DNA of 64,000 nucleotides from Promethearchaeota archaeon (GTDB lineage Archaea; Asgardarchaeota; Lokiarchaeia; Sigyniarchaeales; SOKP01): NCBI GenBank assembly GCA_016840165.1, contig JAEOSU010000067.1, positions 1 to 64,000 of the forward strand, read 5' to 3'. Shown piece by piece: positions 63,001 to 64,000 of this stretch (position 1 is its first letter; each line of letters starts with the position of its first letter). The notes under the pieces were generated by a model. It saw only the letters and a program-made list of their open reading frames with translations, ran no database searches and was not told where the DNA came from. The position numbers and the translations under genes were made by a program.

Positions 63001-64000
63001 TTATCACTGTTATACGCTTCACCCCATGCAGAAACAAATGGATCAATAAGTTCAATATGGGTATTCTTCTCTCCGAATTTAATCCAGTTTGCGGGTCTTA
63101 TTTCTAAAGGTACGGCGACTACAGGAGATGCTTTATAAAAGTCAGATTCTACCACATGTACTCTGATGGTGGAAATACCTGGTCCTAACTTCTCACAGAG
63201 ATCTACTATTGTCTCATTATCTACTGTTATAGTTCCACTATCATATGCTTTATGAATCTCCTTATAAAGAGTTTCTACTATATTTCCAGAAGGTGTAATA
63301 AACTCAATATATGCATAATAACGATAATCACTATCATTTAGTATGTTTAATGGAAGTGGTTCTAATTCTGAATTGGTGTGGACTTTACTTAGATATTCTA
63401 CACTTGGAACCGTGGTCGATGGGATTGGTTTAGCTTCTGTCACGTGTAGGTGCAATGTTAATGGATCATATGTCTCATCAATATCATCATCAGGTAAATT
63501 ATAGGCATAATAGTCATTAATACCAAGAGCAATATCTTTCTTATGGAGATGGATAAGTCCTTCTACATAAGTGGAATCCTGAAGGACTGATTGTGTAATA
63601 TCATAAGCAGGAACCTGAGCAGTGCCGTTGAATACTATTCCATCTTTTGAGCTAACATATTCATATGGAGAATCAATTGCCATCTCATCCCAATCTTCAA
63701 CATAGGTATTAAAGGCGCGAATATACAACACACAATCTTCAATATCAGAAATCTGGAGCTGTCTATTTTCTCTTGATATACTTCCCCAAATCTCAAAGAA
63801 ATCAGTAAGAAAGTCATGATCAAATGAAATATCAAATGAAACTTCTCCGGTCTCATCAGTAATTCCATACGTCCAAATATAAGGTCCATATGCAGAGTAA
63901 TTTGAATAGTCGTGCTTAATCTCATAGATAAGAGGTCTACCATACATTTTATTTGCAAGATCAGTACCTCCTCCTGGACCTCGGAATGTAACATCTTCAG
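51045..64000 (-). CDS. Giant (>4,300 aa, 5'-partial) acidic beta-rich protein with DxDxDG motifs, hydrophobic helices and C-terminal GIY-YIG nuclease domain
   Basis: Frame is open to the window edge (EDVTFRGPGGGTDLANKMYG); GMIYKWKNKETGKFYVGRT..R..E..YN at ~52175-51780. Confidence 0.85.
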   Translation of the reverse strand, partial: EDVTFRGPGGGTDLANKMYGRPLIYEIKHDYSNYSAYGPYIWTYGITDETGEVSFDISFDHDFLTDFFEIWGSISRENRQLQISDIEDCVLYIRAFNTYVEDWDEMAIDSPYEYVSSKDGIVFNGTAQVPAYDITQSVLQDSTYVEGLIHLHKKDIALGINDYYAYNLPDDDIDETYDPLTLHLHVTEAKPIPSTTVPSVEYLSKVHTNSELEPLPLNILNDSDYRYYAYIEFITPSGNIVETLYKEIHKAYDSGTITVDNETIVDLCEKLGPGISTIRVHVVESDFYKASPVVAVPLEIRPANWIKFGEKNTHIELIDPFVSAWGEAYNSDKEMPFESNYPFLIGSVWVEPYFNSSGGEESVQDYIDINLDCTIYNEDGTTSTFPLRNDIMLRPGNHDGLMTFTIGLGPEDAFLMGLQCDLNLSFSIDFNRDQIFKDERDVEIYLLDLRLEKNPSSNDPNTIWSIYVDGFTSGAITVAIEDAVSTGDSVRYLGGIQNGQTYGQEIAFLFSNDTLEYGIDADSELLLLNALTEISVLEVIGIKEGDEYEFEQTTDWTAPYYPSGILSNDSVIRFTGANVPDEGTEFSVIYKLKFDFGSNNYGIITLGYTNEYNESSIELRLPAGFLPESDNSYSPMFTRFVQDCDGTTADYTLDYGKQNAVPSDFIIYNEHELEILNNDNPIVKAIVGNHLKITLDQITPPISPFTVIYGVKSQYTLGYGFQKYNKSYSDSVRLINNTDSTSKLLDESSNEIYPLTLEDSALYISLDNSNEKTILKLLNVPLLYAPEINLTFILDHALLDLIQTYGDDFNDLTIEFKYTTNDGFYEYYSDPKVVPLNYTEIQPDIVANSYVIGYNKDLQAIYDMVGTDSVDIEITIHQVGSSDNYIPYVILEQFDYISDEHLVENYDRMPLDKYGNFDIKAAVNTPHYYQIFSRPLVDCIYGKSPFNLIDSSKVTVALKDLPNVTLVSVDSDGVNYAFDYIGWKQTLPVNSENFYMIPNLGMFIDTYDIDEPLYQDGYVDLYYGSGTSIRGEEEYINTIYMDYESSSIPDYRSSISGNEPTSWEDTFNFADKFLTTDIITVSGQVFYHQLFDLDIDINSSSVMENIFPNYGKIINFGLQLIEDIDVAEIRAVGMPYSYALSVQGFPVGNYKEDYCNLISEGYSGSFTPSEDILEIDTDFALEYDENGTAYILFFKAVGELSSYTDDENKIMIDYWINHEFINSYDYYIHEDPEDPYISQIEWDYNYTDRDTYHLHPDFSDETSFTIEYTALEWEIFNSTYIKDGEDLFTFQPEEFYNISILYTGESSTDEFSIQYIVPEGQYKEDYILFPTIYTLAQKGEDEETIEVFEIANEESKSYLSQNTPDSYEYTINFDNIEAYIKTTYGSEYQLVENSYLYVLAQYNSTLLKYEMGHTPFNYKYLGDQHDAYQIALYIDDQFIAYSNESLFNDYVLKIENEYIYFNDKSEGQSGYIEPKSAIKLSYKFKLQPGLLDRKHFLIVTYPWSNIFDTPYDPLVSDNPQIDYREEYRKLSGGSIITPFEYSLSIENKYTLYLSYRLNVRDYYENKFEIKSQYFSSSKNGYVYELMSEELDNYIDVLEVNGENSINIYYYDRFGKMRFLDPIHYEYLSATREIIIKNDENVLVLPNGLMEFYVSFVSESNDKEFASYRFTYNPAEPITDTLDMPYWDVIGESGVDVIPNLDAFYFINEEDSTIATTVCHASQIAAYLEQGDELEFNLEGEIGDFDGGLINEIHNGTYLALYIDTNIRNIESVDHLTIKLYDNSGLMSAFTQTLSREELLMYDYNIKIELPTSSNTLKKIRLIPTFRTDKEYNGDNIQGIARFQTAQWNSESVSPLNSGKEYFHVKLDYALKTGLDELAYIFNDRLEYLEFPEGKSLTYTKEEDVYTLHIPTTYIHPDTKEVMSFIEDQVIAIRYNSPIKKGIAVGIGKLYFENKGYNYASHSDLPKAEILLVEASSDTAYSDFTADYYYQTPLQLTPFDTEHNGRYKAVKIELDLTSLYESTQSDVLNFTHLLFTMPDPSYELTISEIILLEDSFEGTTQAGNIDSRVWQYSEVEMFTASATPEDDSYQLALDEIPLFYPNSEWLDYLNIYDEDGNYYTAGITGNDHQLHFESATNTFTWNPDFNQFPEYFGMEFQEPLIIEPNKTLYFEYVINTSWAQPILIEVENIDLDSIRVIYDYNYLLKPEYYEWYGQQFSMDHSYENIAYSFKNETEYKVVQYYYESFSVYTSVSEYTHTYDIGDLSFEDDFVNVSVYKVIGLNATFSSTTLTDNSDFTVAFNAITGQLTITDLNSGDGLLDAFDQITAILNFSYGPISSFTEIYLLDEFNQTYLTDVKETFYNYVDIDYNYISKSGIPLLAESAATITSEYTSFKSSKYCRNPDMRDNDKLIGYGLELYDNFELYKDESSIIYVADIDMDGEPDYKHTIDVDRDGKIDIIRYGIDDPEGSGEIYWHTVIQDFESSEITIQQQVDEQRHTEWFDINDRIFASYDFNVDKLIEIVLTLPLLALHISKMILPDVDYWAKKSTQQMVTKEEYSKTSFYSVKVDNDRDGYPDSQMNFERTTVDIYYEVKEVRKTILAAKKQDIFTFIAEYVDKSIESLFTGSYENPVFNEDLTEEVLNSGDFSSCNGYTQDNAPTLRATYRKFKQSITTTYVDTFEQSAITVIEFDDEGGIEEQRVYIDEFKDHEVNVADNFFSELAQEHAITDIETGQEVSVLFDPDLPFTDPANISWSSPTWGSDHIPVKYDSLQVVGEDYAYSVNAFDEKIILRIPNRFSLYNDYGKISKSNVVDDGWVEFEVEGVLITPPDGQVYYTSDIDSFIDRTAKTSGSYFYVDSDSNGFYETVYVVSDICGTSATGIPEYDVITIGYNYDGIHDFAPYERLDKSVEITSTFNRLAGESTMFGSDWVYKFDKLQYVELLWDEESVWDDYKPKDQIFEIYKLTEQSSKNPKFSTLFYEVRHKTYSQAWEQYKKQLVGDIAEQVFMSVTASTLSAAVTALTAGIGALTGLNALTYFTVYTLMTKFFIDMDLHEAESRTRSETFYPVSSEVRDPVSLNEKSLGDRVLGDTMAAALIGHPGGYYTTVSGGEPGNRYNAEVLVSPPNPARLLDSFGGFLDLLWENFESMGESDPDAFWALDFDDMNLDYFLLTSELPSFNQKSHYTYKNTDSITSIYNWYYANTLGNLERKVGIVSDGHLDAIRATCIDGRPQYEFINSTNYEAILPQSVLFRPIVLSQSRFDEIDPEPGHLVITTECSYDEEYSINTEGINAYSLNDIETKAGYRSKIPINDRGFEYPIRYISIDVIRDHPSEGINYLAQDLVVDEAQFAIDSGNLYFTIPLETIIINQYSSFYNALQQTDAQTSVYYNVHIVFDVFVNDTKAENYKLALAQATYYTIMDYFNQYTYAETTAQMISEIAYTETMTFWSTLISAPLILLGSWTIMSTSGMMAQAGVHSVKALIGKSVLQLVTSPIQEVFEEIIKDGFIEAFAENIADLAGLSEDAGFWLSSLGTSYREVKGALGELALGGFSELKQGIATVRALKAGDPSAYIDLRQRIQQDLQQQREAEQKRLDSMTTMERLIKSGFFKGLLMIMPGIFFGSFDFFALMGLNKMIKSTVAVAPQAYGKRKSIQQANRKADIQNMFKDQQDVLDSTVLSNMLQEQAKKPAEIDGESLRDLFRGKQDIEIDNPPLTISFPSINSDPKTEQKVDLFNKFKEIVLGKNAESIGYDIQSFQMQFYKEEASEENVLVEQKVSDDIVKTDIVHVDNFEGLFPEYDKDRINYIHAKLFDPNYDQNKPEKVLDQIIYRSELILEAREVLKSTRYHGLDIIINEQMNWEVMAILQDKFNKDEDWTQLERVIADVASFYMGGRGPPHKPQSDLVTGESIIPPRAKRIISHECGGNPQHTQRFLLNVWKGQRLGDDYVFGMIYKWKNKETGKFYVGRTQRVKGTPYCRPFSSMSVRFEEELDTALSTRKVELKKKYNEFYLDIRNIYDSAGRGQAGMDAIRESMELEIVEIQLLGRNFKSDTYLIKVLEDWWIEEFRRLGEDLYNVKGGLTGRTAKYETTGYSQRDLDGKITFLFSHGFIGHEIGDYIGISQAKSPGVLTRVLWRAVGMSTVAARVYYPGKRMFELMDDGIFEFDELASNFRGMDPNRVMRTLSSEYFPMGNEYLKGFLTAKYFREFDFDKNLVPQEFEKYLKDLGISVQSYYTWFRKRESLYEHWQRKDIIPLLRFYATFVIKNFDNKYEFLQHLGLSDRLNSLSAWELKNLFVDLLGYDFDIAKDIYSDYYFGRLQIVVSV

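Noticed and set aside
449-63994. Short ORFs overlapping longer genes (e.g. 1228-1497, 14298-14621, 24817-25386, 46746-47153, 63635-63994)
   Set aside because: Antisense or alternate-frame shadows of well-supported CDSs, without motifs

Overview
AT-rich archaeal chromosome segment, most consistent with Asgard Lokiarchaeia. The evidence is a Rag-like GTPase, a longin-Arf GTPase, uDENN/NPRL2-like proteins, ftr, a methanogenesis-marker-9 domain and archaeal Hsp20. Most of the window is ordinary metabolic genes. Four things stand out. (1) A 5,596-bp insertion with no recognisable integrase (10896-16491, TGGG at both junctions) splits a GlpC/HdrD-type Fe-S oxidoreductase inside its first CxxCxxC motif. 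It carries a HerA/VirB4-like ATPase, two proteins with a shared acidic NDFEPL leader (one a tandem HTH-HNH nuclease) and a recoded replacement copy of the host gene's first 19 codons. That copy is separated from the rest of the gene by a 61-nt hairpin-forming, frame-breaking gap with matched GGT codons. (2) A Rag-like GTPase, longin-Arf GTPase and NPRL2-like-longin-PAS-GAF-PAS cluster. (3) A tRNA-His(GUG) with three bulge-helix-bulge introns. (4) A >4,300-aa protein, truncated by the window edge, ending in hydrophobic helices and a GIY-YIG nuclease (polymorphic-toxin-like). Three genes appear to start at ATA/ATT codons missed by the ORF track. All family assignments are from motif recognition by eye; no database searches were run.
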